A stretch of 60,316 nt of DNA from a virus (Duplodnaviria > Caudoviricetes): positions 1-60,316 of the IMG/VR virus record IMGVR_UViG_3300047551_002696. One strand, written 5' to 3'. This document shows, piece after piece, positions 18,773-28,104 of the stretch. The position numbers were made by a program, and so were the translations under genes. Position 1 is the first letter of the stretch. Each line of letters starts with the position of its first letter. The notes below the pieces were generated by a model. The model made no database searches, was not told the origin of the DNA, and saw only the letters and a program-made list of their open reading frames with translations.

Positions 18773-21700
18773 ATGTCATTTAATCTTTTTGGTCCAGCAT
18801 CTGTAGATGACATTCGAGTTGGTTACATATCAACTGATAGGGGATTTGTCGATGGTGTTACTGTATGTGAAGCTAATGACTATGCAAAAAGAAATCCTGG
18901 TGCTAGATTTATCTTTAGAACTAGAGATAAGATACGTTATCTAGGAATTAATGATGTAAATCGCCTTACTCCAGACATGATGTTGCCATCAAGTTCTGTT
19001 GGTGCTGATGGGTGTCCTGGAATTCAACTTCAAACAAATTGTGGACCAACAAAATTATATTTTTATGGTGGAGGTGGAGTTGGTGCTTCCGGAAATCCTA
19101 TTATTGGTAAAGACGGTGCTCTTCTTGCAGTTGATTTAGTTACGGGTGGATTTGGATATCAGTATCCACCAGTGACTGAAGTTAGAGATAATTGCGGTAT
19201 TGGTGCTGGTGCTGTTGTAAGATCAGTTCTTGGTGAGGTTTCAGAAACTGTAGAATACTATGATCAAGAAGATGATTTTGAGGAATATCAAATATGTCCT
19301 CCAACTGAAGCTGGTTATGGCAGACAGTATGCTCCTGATGGAACAGACATTGGTGAATGGGATCCAACTCTTTATGCAAATTTATCAAGTGATCCAATAC
19401 GTAGAGAAATACGAGCATATCAAGAATTTCTTGCTTCTCTCAGGGGTGGAACTAGAGTAAGTGTAAATGACAATAGAATTTACAGATGGTGGAATACTAG
19501 AGACGAAAAACCACTTTCTGTAACATATTCAAATAAAACAACTAGAGTTAAACATAATGTTCGTCATCCTGGATGGGGTGGTGAATATGAGTCTGGATCT
19601 TTGTATAAAGATGTAACTTTTAAAGTATTCACGCAATTTGGAAGAAGAGAAAATCCTTTAGTCTTTAATTTTGTTGCCGAGGATAACTCCCATAAGTTTT
19701 CAATTAGAGCAGACAGTTTCCCAAACAATACAAGAGGGCAAAATGTTACTATTAAATTGAAGCCAAATATCTATTATAATATAACTGCCTCTGGACAATA
19801 TAAGGGTAAGGGGACTGAAGTTGGGTTAATTGATAATATTGGAAGAAGAGCAGAAGAAGAAAATACGAAAAATACAAACAAAACTCTTACTGGAAAAAGT
19901 ATATTTGCAGACTTTTTAGAAAGTCCAAATGACAATGATGACTTACAAGTTGAATGTACTCTTGGACAGTTCAGTGCAACAAGAATTGGATCCGGAAATA
20001 GGAAAGGTAGTGGTGCTTCTGGGGGAAGAACAACTTACAATCTTAAATATCAACTGAGAGATAACTCGGCATATACTCCAGCAAAAATTGAAGAGAGCTT
20101 TATGAATAATAATGCAATCTCTCCAATTCCTCCATCAAATGTTCCTGGAAGTGATTTTGCAGGAATTCCATTTACAATTGAGTGGGAAAAAGAATTCCCT
20201 CACGATGGTGATTATATTTTCAATGGAATGGCAGATAATATTGCGTCCATTTATGTTGATAATGAATTGTTATTTAAAACAACAGAATTTAGATCTGGAC
20301 AACCACCTACTAAGGCATCTAAAAAGATAACAAAAGGTGTTCATAGAATCAGAGCTGATCTGCAAAACGTTCCAATTATGGAACCTGCCTTATTTCAACC
20401 ACAACTACAGAAAGAAGAGCAAAAACCCGGATCTTTATTCATTAAAGAGGGTGGGAATTATTACATGCTTGCTGGTGGTAATGATTTGGTTGAGATTGAC
20501 TTGCTGTTTAATTGGTCTGGAACTGGTAGACCAGGAGTAACTGCAATTACTGGGGTTACAATTGAGTCTGAAAGTGGTCCAATATCTTTTGAGAGAACAA
20601 AGAGTGGTGCTGTTTATACTAATAATGGAGAAGTCCGAAGAACAGGCGTGTTTAAAAATGGAAAAAGGTATCTGGTTACATTTAAAGATATTCCAAACGG
20701 TGCTCCGGCACCAGTAATTGTTGATACATGCCCATCTCCTGATTGTAAGCAAGCAGGAATCGTATTTCAAGATACTAATGATAGCAATCCAGATTATGAT
20801 GCTTCTTTCCAGGCATATAATGCTAGACAACTTTCTCCACCTAGAAATATTCCAACTTCAACACCACCTACTGAGGTTGCAAAAGTTTTTAATACGATTG
20901 ATTATATAAACAAATCTAACCGAAAACTTTGGAGAACAAATGTTTATGGTAGAGGTGGATTTATAAATGAATATGGAGTTTGTCCTTTTGATACAAGCAT
21001 ACAACTAAAAGACAATCCATATGCAGGAACACATCGTATTATATGGGACAATATAGAATTTCCTGTTGATGGAAATTATAGTATAGAAGTTGAAGTTGAT
21101 GATAATGTTGTACTCACATTCCAAGGACCACAAGAAGATGTGGTCATCAATAAGAGAGGGTTCAGTTCCCCATCAAATGGTACTGGAAAAACAACAGAAA
21201 CTAGATTCTTTAAAAAGGGAAGATACAAATTAGTTGCAGATTTGCAACAAATTCCTGGAGGTAGATTCGGATTTAAGGATTCTATTAAAGGAATTAATCC
21301 AATGGCACTTGCAGTGAATGTAACTACTGCTGTTGTTAGAACTGAGATTATTTCCCAAAAGTCTTGGAATGAAAATCCAACAGGTGTTGCACTTGTTATT
21401 GATGCACCTCTTCCACCAATCCCACAGGAACCCGTTGTATTACAAGAGGGGAGATGTCCAAGAAATCCAATTTGGACCACTAGATTTCCTGGAGCAACTC
21501 AAAAATGGTATCCTGTTAATTATTCTAGTCCTAAAAAAGTCACTGAGTTAATCTCTATTCCTCCACAAAAAAATGATGATGATACTGAGTTAGTTGAATT
21601 TACAATTTATGGACAAGGTGCTTTTAGAGATCTTGCATTTGTTTTCACTTCAGTGACAGGGAATCATACATTTACTTTGAATGGTGTAGATAGGAATAAA

Positions 21701-24064
21701 AAAACAAGAAAGGAAAGTATAAGAATAAGAAAAAATACAAATTATGTTGTATTTGCTAAGGAAAATTCATCAAAATATGTTTCTGTTGAGCAAGGATTGA
21801 TTAAAGGTGGAACTAAAGCAAAGGAACAAGGTATTGGTGAGTCTAAGAAAATTTTCGCAGATTATCTCACTTCTGGGAATGATAATGATGATATCCAAGT
21901 AAGCACATCTTTAGGGGTTTTTAAAAGTTCAAATAGAAGAAAAGCGTCTGGAAGTAATAGAAATACATATGACTTAACGTATAAATTGGAAGGAGCGCCA
22001 GGTGCTGCTCAAGAAACTACAACAAGAACTAAAACATATGATGTTCCTGGTTGGAGTAAATTTATGAATCGTTATGCAATTTCTCCAGTTGCTCCTTTAG
22101 TTCAACCAGGATCTGATGGCGGTGGCGTTGTTTATAGGAATCAATGGAATCTGGATATTCCTTACTCTGGTTTCTATGCTTTAAGAGGAACGGTTGATAA
22201 TGGTGGTAGAATATTGGTTGATGGTAGAGAAATTGTTAGGGGAGGTGGAGTAAGTTTTGGTGAGGGGGGAACAAGAGGTTTATATGGATTTAGTGAGGAG
22301 AATCCAAAATCAACTAAAGTATTTTTGACTGCAGGAAAACATACAATTGAAGTTGAAATTGAGAATCAAACAACGGAAACTTTTGTACAAGTAGATAAAA
22401 CAATTTTTACCACATCTGATTGGGTTTCATCCGCACAACCAATTCAATCTCAAGAGCAACCAGCTGGAGGAAATTTCTTTAAAAAGGGAAATGATTACTA
22501 TCTTAGAGTTGGTGGAAATGACTTAGTTGGATTGAAATTTGAACTTGCATATAATGATAGTCCGTTTATTGCAGGAACTGCAATAACTAGAGTTTCTATT
22601 CCTAGTAATAATGGGAGAGTTGTTTTAAACCGTGAAAGTTTTGGAACATTTTTTAAAGAAAAAGGATCTGTATCTGCAAAAGGAATATTTAAAGCTAATC
22701 AAGAGTATGGTCCTATTGTTTTTGAGGGGAGAGCGAGGGGTTCTATAGATCCTCGAGTTGCTAACACTGGAGATCCTCAAAAAAATCCAGGAACTTTTAA
22801 CCAAAGAATTAACTTTTATGATAGTGATGGTAGTGATGTAAATGCATCTTTAACATTAATTCCACCACCAGAACAATTATCTGGAGCAAGAGTAGTTCAA
22901 CAACCAACACAGCAACCAACCACAAAAAATGGTGTTACTTATAGTGGTCCCATACTTGCAACATATAGATCTGGTGCTCTTGGTCCGTTTTTAACACCAG
23001 CTTTTACTAGTGATGAAGATTATAGAGCAAATAATCTAGACAAACTCTGGACTCTTAAGTGGCAAAATGTTAACTTCCCAGAAGATGGTCAGTATACTAT
23101 GAGAGCAGAAGCTGATGATTATGTAATTGTTAGAATTGATGGAGAAAGAATAGGTCAAGCAAGAGTTTTTGAGGGAGTAAGAACGTTTAATTTCAATACC
23201 ACCAGAGGAAATAAAACTATTGAGATGGAAATATATAATATTCCAGGAAATAGTAACAGCACTTTTGAAAGTAATCCAATAGTTTTCAATGTTGTGATTA
23301 CAAAAAAAGTTGAGGTTTCTAGTGGTGTGAGTAAAGCTTGGACTCAGAATCCAGTTGGTATATCTGCAATTCTTATACCCCCACCATGCCCAAAACCAAT
23401 TAGGGGTAAGGGTGTAATAAAAGAAGTGATTGTAGATGATCCAGGAAATGGTAACCCATCAGCACCTCCATCATCTCCACCAGGAACACCAACCGTTCCA
23501 GTTGGTTTGAGACTACAGAGAGTTGAAATAACTAATCCTGGAATCAACTATAATTGTGGAGTTGATACGATCAGAATTATACCAGATAATGGTGCTGTTC
23601 TCGATTATAATTGTAATTCTTTTGGTAGTATTAATGAAGTAATTGTAAGGGAAGGCGGATTTGGATTTGTAACTTGGCCTGATATTGTAATTGAAACTGA
23701 AACTGGTATTAACTTTGAAGCAAAACCAGTATTTGAAATCGTAAGAGATCCACTCATTGATCCTGTTAGTGGTCTCTTAACTCCTCCAGAAAAGTTAATT
23801 CAAGTTACTGATTTAGTCGGTCTTAAGCAAACTGGTTATGTTTTTGGACGTGCGTACTATGGCGCAGTATTTTATAAAGATGGAATACGCTATGCTGGTT
23901 ATTATGAAACCGCTGGAGAGTTAGTTCAAGTCTATGATACTCTACAAGAAAGTATTGATGCTCAAGTTACTACTCCTCCATCGGCTATCCTACGTCAGGG
24001 TACTGACACAAATAGTAATAATTCAAGACTCAATATTCCAGGAACTCCTGAGAACTTAATTTAA
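18773..24064 (+). CDS. giant virion structural protein with four PA14-like beta-sandwich domains
   Basis: Four FP.DG.Y....ADD/DN..I.VD..K...G.H.I motifs and a two-fold internal duplication; late promoter ATAAATA upstream. Confidence 0.65.
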   Translation: MSFNLFGPASVDDIRVGYISTDRGFVDGVTVCEANDYAKRNPGARFIFRTRDKIRYLGINDVNRLTPDMMLPSSSVGADGCPGIQLQTNCGPTKLYFYGGGGVGASGNPIIGKDGALLAVDLVTGGFGYQYPPVTEVRDNCGIGAGAVVRSVLGEVSETVEYYDQEDDFEEYQICPPTEAGYGRQYAPDGTDIGEWDPTLYANLSSDPIRREIRAYQEFLASLRGGTRVSVNDNRIYRWWNTRDEKPLSVTYSNKTTRVKHNVRHPGWGGEYESGSLYKDVTFKVFTQFGRRENPLVFNFVAEDNSHKFSIRADSFPNNTRGQNVTIKLKPNIYYNITASGQYKGKGTEVGLIDNIGRRAEEENTKNTNKTLTGKSIFADFLESPNDNDDLQVECTLGQFSATRIGSGNRKGSGASGGRTTYNLKYQLRDNSAYTPAKIEESFMNNNAISPIPPSNVPGSDFAGIPFTIEWEKEFPHDGDYIFNGMADNIASIYVDNELLFKTTEFRSGQPPTKASKKITKGVHRIRADLQNVPIMEPALFQPQLQKEEQKPGSLFIKEGGNYYMLAGGNDLVEIDLLFNWSGTGRPGVTAITGVTIESESGPISFERTKSGAVYTNNGEVRRTGVFKNGKRYLVTFKDIPNGAPAPVIVDTCPSPDCKQAGIVFQDTNDSNPDYDASFQAYNARQLSPPRNIPTSTPPTEVAKVFNTIDYINKSNRKLWRTNVYGRGGFINEYGVCPFDTSIQLKDNPYAGTHRIIWDNIEFPVDGNYSIEVEVDDNVVLTFQGPQEDVVINKRGFSSPSNGTGKTTETRFFKKGRYKLVADLQQIPGGRFGFKDSIKGINPMALAVNVTTAVVRTEIISQKSWNENPTGVALVIDAPLPPIPQEPVVLQEGRCPRNPIWTTRFPGATQKWYPVNYSSPKKVTELISIPPQKNDDDTELVEFTIYGQGAFRDLAFVFTSVTGNHTFTLNGVDRNKKTRKESIRIRKNTNYVVFAKENSSKYVSVEQGLIKGGTKAKEQGIGESKKIFADYLTSGNDNDDIQVSTSLGVFKSSNRRKASGSNRNTYDLTYKLEGAPGAAQETTTRTKTYDVPGWSKFMNRYAISPVAPLVQPGSDGGGVVYRNQWNLDIPYSGFYALRGTVDNGGRILVDGREIVRGGGVSFGEGGTRGLYGFSEENPKSTKVFLTAGKHTIEVEIENQTTETFVQVDKTIFTTSDWVSSAQPIQSQEQPAGGNFFKKGNDYYLRVGGNDLVGLKFELAYNDSPFIAGTAITRVSIPSNNGRVVLNRESFGTFFKEKGSVSAKGIFKANQEYGPIVFEGRARGSIDPRVANTGDPQKNPGTFNQRINFYDSDGSDVNASLTLIPPPEQLSGARVVQQPTQQPTTKNGVTYSGPILATYRSGALGPFLTPAFTSDEDYRANNLDKLWTLKWQNVNFPEDGQYTMRAEADDYVIVRIDGERIGQARVFEGVRTFNFNTTRGNKTIEMEIYNIPGNSNSTFESNPIVFNVVITKKVEVSSGVSKAWTQNPVGISAILIPPPCPKPIRGKGVIKEVIVDDPGNGNPSAPPSSPPGTPTVPVGLRLQRVEITNPGINYNCGVDTIRIIPDNGAVLDYNCNSFGSINEVIVREGGFGFVTWPDIVIETETGINFEAKPVFEIVRDPLIDPVSGLLTPPEKLIQVTDLVGLKQTGYVFGRAYYGAVFYKDGIRYAGYYETAGELVQVYDTLQESIDAQVTTPPSAILRQGTDTNSNNSRLNIPGTPENLI

Positions 24065-24102
24065 GACTATTAAATAGTTTATCAACAAAGGTAATTTGTT
24101 TT

Positions 24103-24843
24103 ATGCCTATAGCAAGGAATTGTAATAATGATAGGGTTCGTAAAGGAGCTCTTTCAACTGATGATATTGCAAATACAGTTGGTGCCGCCGGCGGTGTTGT
24201 TGATGCTGCAGGAAATCTTATCGATTCCGCAGGAAATCTTATTAATTCAATTCCAAGACCACCAACAGACACTGCAAAACAAAACTACACTGCTATTAAG
24301 TATGGCAATGACCATGGATCATTGAGCTTTGGCAGCATTCATAAACAAGGTGATGTAACCGCTGGTGTAATGCTTCAGACATCTGATGCCAATCATTCAT
24401 TCTTCATGGACAAAGATGGTCCAAGAAAGGGATGGACTACATTAACTTCTCCTGGAAATGTTCAGATTGAAGCTGGTAGTGCCAATCAAGAGGCACAAGA
24501 TACCTTGATGATTAATGCAAAAAATGGTAATATATTAATAGTCGCATCAAATGGTAAAATTAGACTAGAAGCTACTGATATTGAACTTATTGCTACTGGT
24601 GAAGGTGGTAGTAAGGGAAATATCAGAATGTTTGCCTCAGAAAATATTGAAACGAATTCAAAAAAACTTTTGATGAATTCAAAAACTGCATATAAAATAG
24701 TGAGTGCTGGTACTGGTGAAGTTGTTGCCAATAGTATTTTAAAAATGTATGGATCAATATTCAAGGGAGTTGATGATTCTTGTTCAGTGAAGGATGCTAA
24801 AAATGGTGGTCAAAAAGACGTACAGAGAAACACAAAAGCATAA
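24103..24843 (+). CDS. putative gp5 C-terminal-like beta-helix spike protein
   Basis: Short beta-strand repeats (INAKNGNILIVASNGKIRLEATDIELIA..GNIRMFASENIE) typical of spike beta-helices. Confidence 0.5.
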   Translation: MPIARNCNNDRVRKGALSTDDIANTVGAAGGVVDAAGNLIDSAGNLINSIPRPPTDTAKQNYTAIKYGNDHGSLSFGSIHKQGDVTAGVMLQTSDANHSFFMDKDGPRKGWTTLTSPGNVQIEAGSANQEAQDTLMINAKNGNILIVASNGKIRLEATDIELIATGEGGSKGNIRMFASENIETNSKKLLMNSKTAYKIVSAGTGEVVANSILKMYGSIFKGVDDSCSVKDAKNGGQKDVQRNTKA

Positions 24844-24860
24844 TTTAGGAGTTTATTAAA

Positions 24861-25649
24861 ATGGATTTACCCGATTTAAATGTTGGTGGTCAATTAAAAG
24901 TAGGTGTGGGGGTAGTTCCTGCAATCAAAGAAGGTGATACAAAAATTAATGGATCAATGTTTGCAGAAGGTCCTGTAGTTTTTGGATCTCCAACTCATTT
25001 TCCAACAGCATATGCTACGGTAATGATTGGACCACTTACGAATAGTGATAAAGATTCTGTGCCTCCTTTTGTTCCTGGAGCACTATGCTTACCAGTAAGT
25101 AACCCATATGCATTATGTGTTTCTGATAATGCTGCTGTAATGGGAAATCTTGATGTCAATTATAGAATTCAAACTGGTGGAGATATTATTGCTGGTGGAG
25201 ATATTAAGTCAAATTGTGGTGGGCATATTCTTTCCGCAAAGAAAAATTTTGATATTCCACACCCAACTAAAGATGGGTGGAGACTTCGCCATACTTGCCC
25301 CGAAGGTCCATCAAATGATGTTTATTATAGGGGGAGGGTAACGAATAGGAAAGAGATTCTTTTACCAGCATATTGGAAAAAACTTGTTGATTGGACAACG
25401 ATTACTGTAAATTTAACTCCTGTTGGATCACATCAAAATGTAATTGTAAAAAGAATTGATGAAGAAAAAATTCATCTACAGTCTCAAGGTGGTATGCCGA
25501 TTGATTGCTTTTTTCACATTTATGGAACAAGAGCAGATGGTGAAAGATTGATACCAGAATATGAAGGTAAAAGTCCAGCAGATTATCCAGGAAACAATAA
25601 TGAATATTCAGTTTCTGGATACCATTATGATATTAAAACGGAGGATTGA
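24861..25649 (+). CDS. virion-associated protein with FDI.HP...LRH.C.EGP C-terminal domain (intramolecular-chaperone-like)
   Basis: KNFDIPHPTKDGWRLRHTCPEGP...YRGR...LP.YW..LVD..TITV.LT; GGAG RBS. Confidence 0.55.
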   Translation: MDLPDLNVGGQLKVGVGVVPAIKEGDTKINGSMFAEGPVVFGSPTHFPTAYATVMIGPLTNSDKDSVPPFVPGALCLPVSNPYALCVSDNAAVMGNLDVNYRIQTGGDIIAGGDIKSNCGGHILSAKKNFDIPHPTKDGWRLRHTCPEGPSNDVYYRGRVTNRKEILLPAYWKKLVDWTTITVNLTPVGSHQNVIVKRIDEEKIHLQSQGGMPIDCFFHIYGTRADGERLIPEYEGKSPADYPGNNNEYSVSGYHYDIKTED

Positions 25650-25651
25650 AG

Positions 25652-26320
25652 ATGCCAGCACCAGGACAACCTAAAGATGCAAGTTTTCCAGGAGAATTTA
25701 TCCCATCAACTGGAGAACCAGACTGTACTGATAGAATGGCATGGGGAATTCCATCAACTCTTTATTCTTATATTTTTAAGAATAATGCAGATGAAGCAAA
25801 ATATCCACCAGATGCATGTCGTCCATATTATCACAGTAATGCACAGATAGATAATCTTCAAATTAACGGGACTGCATATGGAAATTTCCAGGGAACAATT
25901 AATGTTCAATCGTGGAAAGGGTTTGATATTAAGCATCCCAATAAACCAAATCATAGACTTAGACATATTTGTTTAGAGGGTCCTGAAGCTGGTGTTTACC
26001 TCAGAGGTAGACTCACAAACTCTAATACTATTGACTTACCCGATTATTGGGATGGTTTAGTTGATTTGGAAAGTATTACCGTAAATTTAACACAGATTGG
26101 AAGCTCTCAAGACTTAATTGTTGATAAAATTGAGTGGGGAAAGAGGATTGTTATACGTTCGGGTAATGCTTCGAATATTGATTGTTACTATGTTATTCAA
26201 GCGGCAAGAATTGATGGGGAACCATTAATTGTTGAGTATGAAGGTGAAACACCAGCAGATTATCCTGGTGATCCGTCACAATATTCTATTTCTGGACACG
26301 ATTATGGGAGGAAAGGGTAA
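25652..26320 (+). CDS. paralog of 24861-25649
   Basis: FDIKHP...RLRHICLEGPE, LPDYWDGLVD.ESITVNLT, EYEGETPADYPG; ATG 25652 is 7 nt after GGAGG. Confidence 0.6.
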   Translation: MPAPGQPKDASFPGEFIPSTGEPDCTDRMAWGIPSTLYSYIFKNNADEAKYPPDACRPYYHSNAQIDNLQINGTAYGNFQGTINVQSWKGFDIKHPNKPNHRLRHICLEGPEAGVYLRGRLTNSNTIDLPDYWDGLVDLESITVNLTQIGSSQDLIVDKIEWGKRIVIRSGNASNIDCYYVIQAARIDGEPLIVEYEGETPADYPGDPSQYSISGHDYGRKG

Positions 26321-26898
26321 TGCTTTGGAGAACATATATTGATGATACAACCCCAGAGGGTTTAGAAACTATCGCAGGTATTGACACACGCGGTAATGAA
26401 TATGGTATAGAAATAAGTCCAGATGTTGTGTGCAGAAATTTATATGCTACTGGAATTGCAACAGCTACGATTGGGGTCACTACCATTGGATTTGCTACAG
26501 TTGGCGTATTAACTTCGAGTTCTCTCTATCAGACTTCTACTGGAAAAATTTCTATTCCTGGAAATCAACTAAACACTTGGGCAAATTTCAATATCAATCT
26601 CGATCTTTCTCAAAGTATGGTTGCTATTGGAACAATTGGTAGGGAACCTATTTGGAATTTTACTAATGTGAGTGTAGAGTCATCAAGAATGGCAACAGTA
26701 ACCGTTGTTGCTACTTCATCATCCACAACACAAGTTTCCATGGGTAGAACATATACAATAAATGGTGGGTCAAGTAAGCAAATCACTTGGGCAACAACTT
26801 CAGTTCCAAACTTTGATATAACAAATTGGAATGTTCTTACGTTTAGAATTTTGAATGACTCTGTGGGAATCACATCCGTATTTGCAGCCAAAGAGTAA
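26320..26898 (+). CDS. short tail-fibre-like protein
   Basis: GIAT-type beta repeats, then a C-terminal domain (NLDLS..NFTNV..ITW..P....LTF) resembling the C-terminus of 28823-34729. Confidence 0.5.
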   Translation: MLWRTYIDDTTPEGLETIAGIDTRGNEYGIEISPDVVCRNLYATGIATATIGVTTIGFATVGVLTSSSLYQTSTGKISIPGNQLNTWANFNINLDLSQSMVAIGTIGREPIWNFTNVSVESSRMATVTVVATSSSTTQVSMGRTYTINGGSSKQITWATTSVPNFDITNWNVLTFRILNDSVGITSVFAAKE

Positions 26899-26910
26899 TT
26901 GCCACACCAC

Positions 26911-26939
26911 TTGACACCCGCCCCTGACTGTATTATGAT
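26911..26939 (+). promoter_or_regulatory. sigma70-type early promoter heading the tRNA island
   Basis: TTGACA (26911-26916), 17 nt spacer, TATGAT (26934-26939). Confidence 0.75.
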
Positions 26940-26964
26940 ACATGGGTAATCAACGGACGACCGA

Positions 26965-27147
26965 ATGCAAGACGAGTATCTGACTAGTTGCGTGGTGGAC
27001 CCAATCAAACGTACAGTGTATCTTTATTCTAATGAGGGGTCAGAGAAGGAAGTGGTTTGTGAGACTGTTGAAGAGTTTATGAATGTGCTAGACTATGTAC
27101 GCAATACTCTTGATGAAAGCACTCTTTCATACGCAAATCCACTTTAA
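26965..27147 (+). CDS. small hypothetical protein
   Basis: 60 aa ORF directly behind the promoter, phage-like codon usage. Confidence 0.65.
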   Translation: MQDEYLTSCVVDPIKRTVYLYSNEGSEKEVVCETVEEFMNVLDYVRNTLDESTLSYANPL

Positions 27148-27150
27148 GTT

Positions 27151-27187
27151 CCATTTTTCGGGGAAAAAAATCCCGGCAAATTTTTCC
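27151..27187 (+). repeat. intergenic hairpin element, copy 2 (copy 1 at 143-180)
   Basis: CCATTTTTCGGGGAAAAAAATCCCGGCAAATTTTTCC, starting a few nt after a TAA stop as copy 1 does. Confidence 0.6.
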
Positions 27188-27210
27188 ACACGATACTTTT
27201 TTGAAAAAGT

Positions 27211-27417
27211 ATGAATTTACACAAAATCTCATATAAAACCCTCAAAGAGGAACCAGTCAAAACAACTCCAGAAAACGTAAAAGAGTCAAATGAAGCACTC
27301 TTTATGGCAAGATGGAATCTTCCAAAAGCAGCAAAACACTGCGGAATGTCACAAAAAGAAATGAAGTTGACATTCTGGGAGTATCTCAAGTATAATCCTA
27401 TCACCTACAAAGGGTGA
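27211..27417 (+). CDS. small hypothetical protein, possible HTH-like
   Basis: 68 aa; WNLPKAAKHCGMSQKEMK looks like a helix-turn-helix pattern. Confidence 0.6.
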   Translation: MNLHKISYKTLKEEPVKTTPENVKESNEALFMARWNLPKAAKHCGMSQKEMKLTFWEYLKYNPITYKG

Positions 27418-27424
27418 TTTTTAT

Positions 27425-27509
27425 GGGAGCGTGGCGGAATAGGTAGACGCACCGGACTTAAAATCCGTTGGGAGTAGATCCCGTGAGAGTTCGATTCTCT
27501 CCGTTCCTA
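27425..27509 (+). tRNA. trnL: tRNA-Leu(UAA)
   Basis: GGGAGCG/CGTTCCT acceptor stem, TGGCGGAATAGGTAGACGC D arm, CT-TAA-AA anticodon loop, long variable arm, GAGAG-TTCGATT-CTCTC T arm; CCA not encoded. Confidence 0.93.
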
Positions 27510-27532
27510 TTAGAGGACTTAACCTCCTCTAA
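27510..27532 (+). other. hairpin immediately 3' of tRNA-Leu, overlapping a CTAAATA late-promoter-like motif
   Basis: TTAGAGGA-CTTAACC-TCCTCTAA. Confidence 0.45.
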
Positions 27533-27557
27533 ATAATCAAAAGTAAAGGACTATTCT

Positions 27558-27827
27558 ATGAAATACAGAATAGACGCCAGATACGTTTGGTACAATAAAG
27601 GATCTCAATTGGTCCTGATGTACTTCATTCAGAATATTCCCTTTACCTTTGATGATGTTCCAGATAGTCTTATGTACGATATGGAACTCATAGAATTGGC
27701 AGATAATGAAAGAAGATTTGAACCAGAGGATTTATATCGTTCATCTTTTTATTTGATTGATGAACAATGCCATCCTCTTATGTTTGAAGTTGAACTGGAA
27801 AATCCAGAAATGTTACCTGCTGATTAA
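27558..27827 (+). CDS. hypothetical protein
   Basis: 89 aa acidic ORF with AAGGA RBS between the two tRNAs. Confidence 0.7.
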   Translation: MKYRIDARYVWYNKGSQLVLMYFIQNIPFTFDDVPDSLMYDMELIELADNERRFEPEDLYRSSFYLIDEQCHPLMFEVELENPEMLPAD

Positions 27828-27828
27828 T

Positions 27829-27900
27829 GCCTCTCTAGCTCAGTGGCAGAGCACTCGCCTTGTAAGCGAGCGGTCATCGGTTCAAATCCGATGGGGGGCT
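27829..27900 (+). tRNA. trnT: tRNA-Thr(UGU)
   Basis: GCCTCTC/GGGGGGC acceptor, GCTC/GAGC D stem, CTCGC-CT-TGT-AA-GCGAG anticodon arm, ATCGG-TTCAAAT-CCGAT T arm. Confidence 0.94.
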
Positions 27901-27920
27901 TCAGTTTCTATAATTTGGGA

Positions 27921-28094
27921 ATGAAAATTAACCTGTGGTATTGTGACACTATGATGCAGTGGCGTTGGACTTTAACTGACGACTCACGTCCCATTGTAAA
28001 ACAAGAATCAGGTCAGCAACCATTTCTTCGTGACGCCATGAACGATGTGGCAAATACGGTAGAATATATGTTAGAATCAAAACAAAGTAAGTAA
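27921..28094 (+). CDS. small hypothetical protein
   Basis: MKINLWYC...QWRWTLT...; start moved to ATG 27921 because the longer ORF overlaps tRNA-Thr. Confidence 0.65.
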   Translation: MKINLWYCDTMMQWRWTLTDDSRPIVKQESGQQPFLRDAMNDVANTVEYMLESKQSK

Positions 28095-28104
28095 AAATAC
28101 TTAG

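Noticed and set aside
27843-27920. N-terminal extension of ORF 27843-28094
   Set aside because: Overlaps tRNA-Thr; ATG 27921 is the plausible start.
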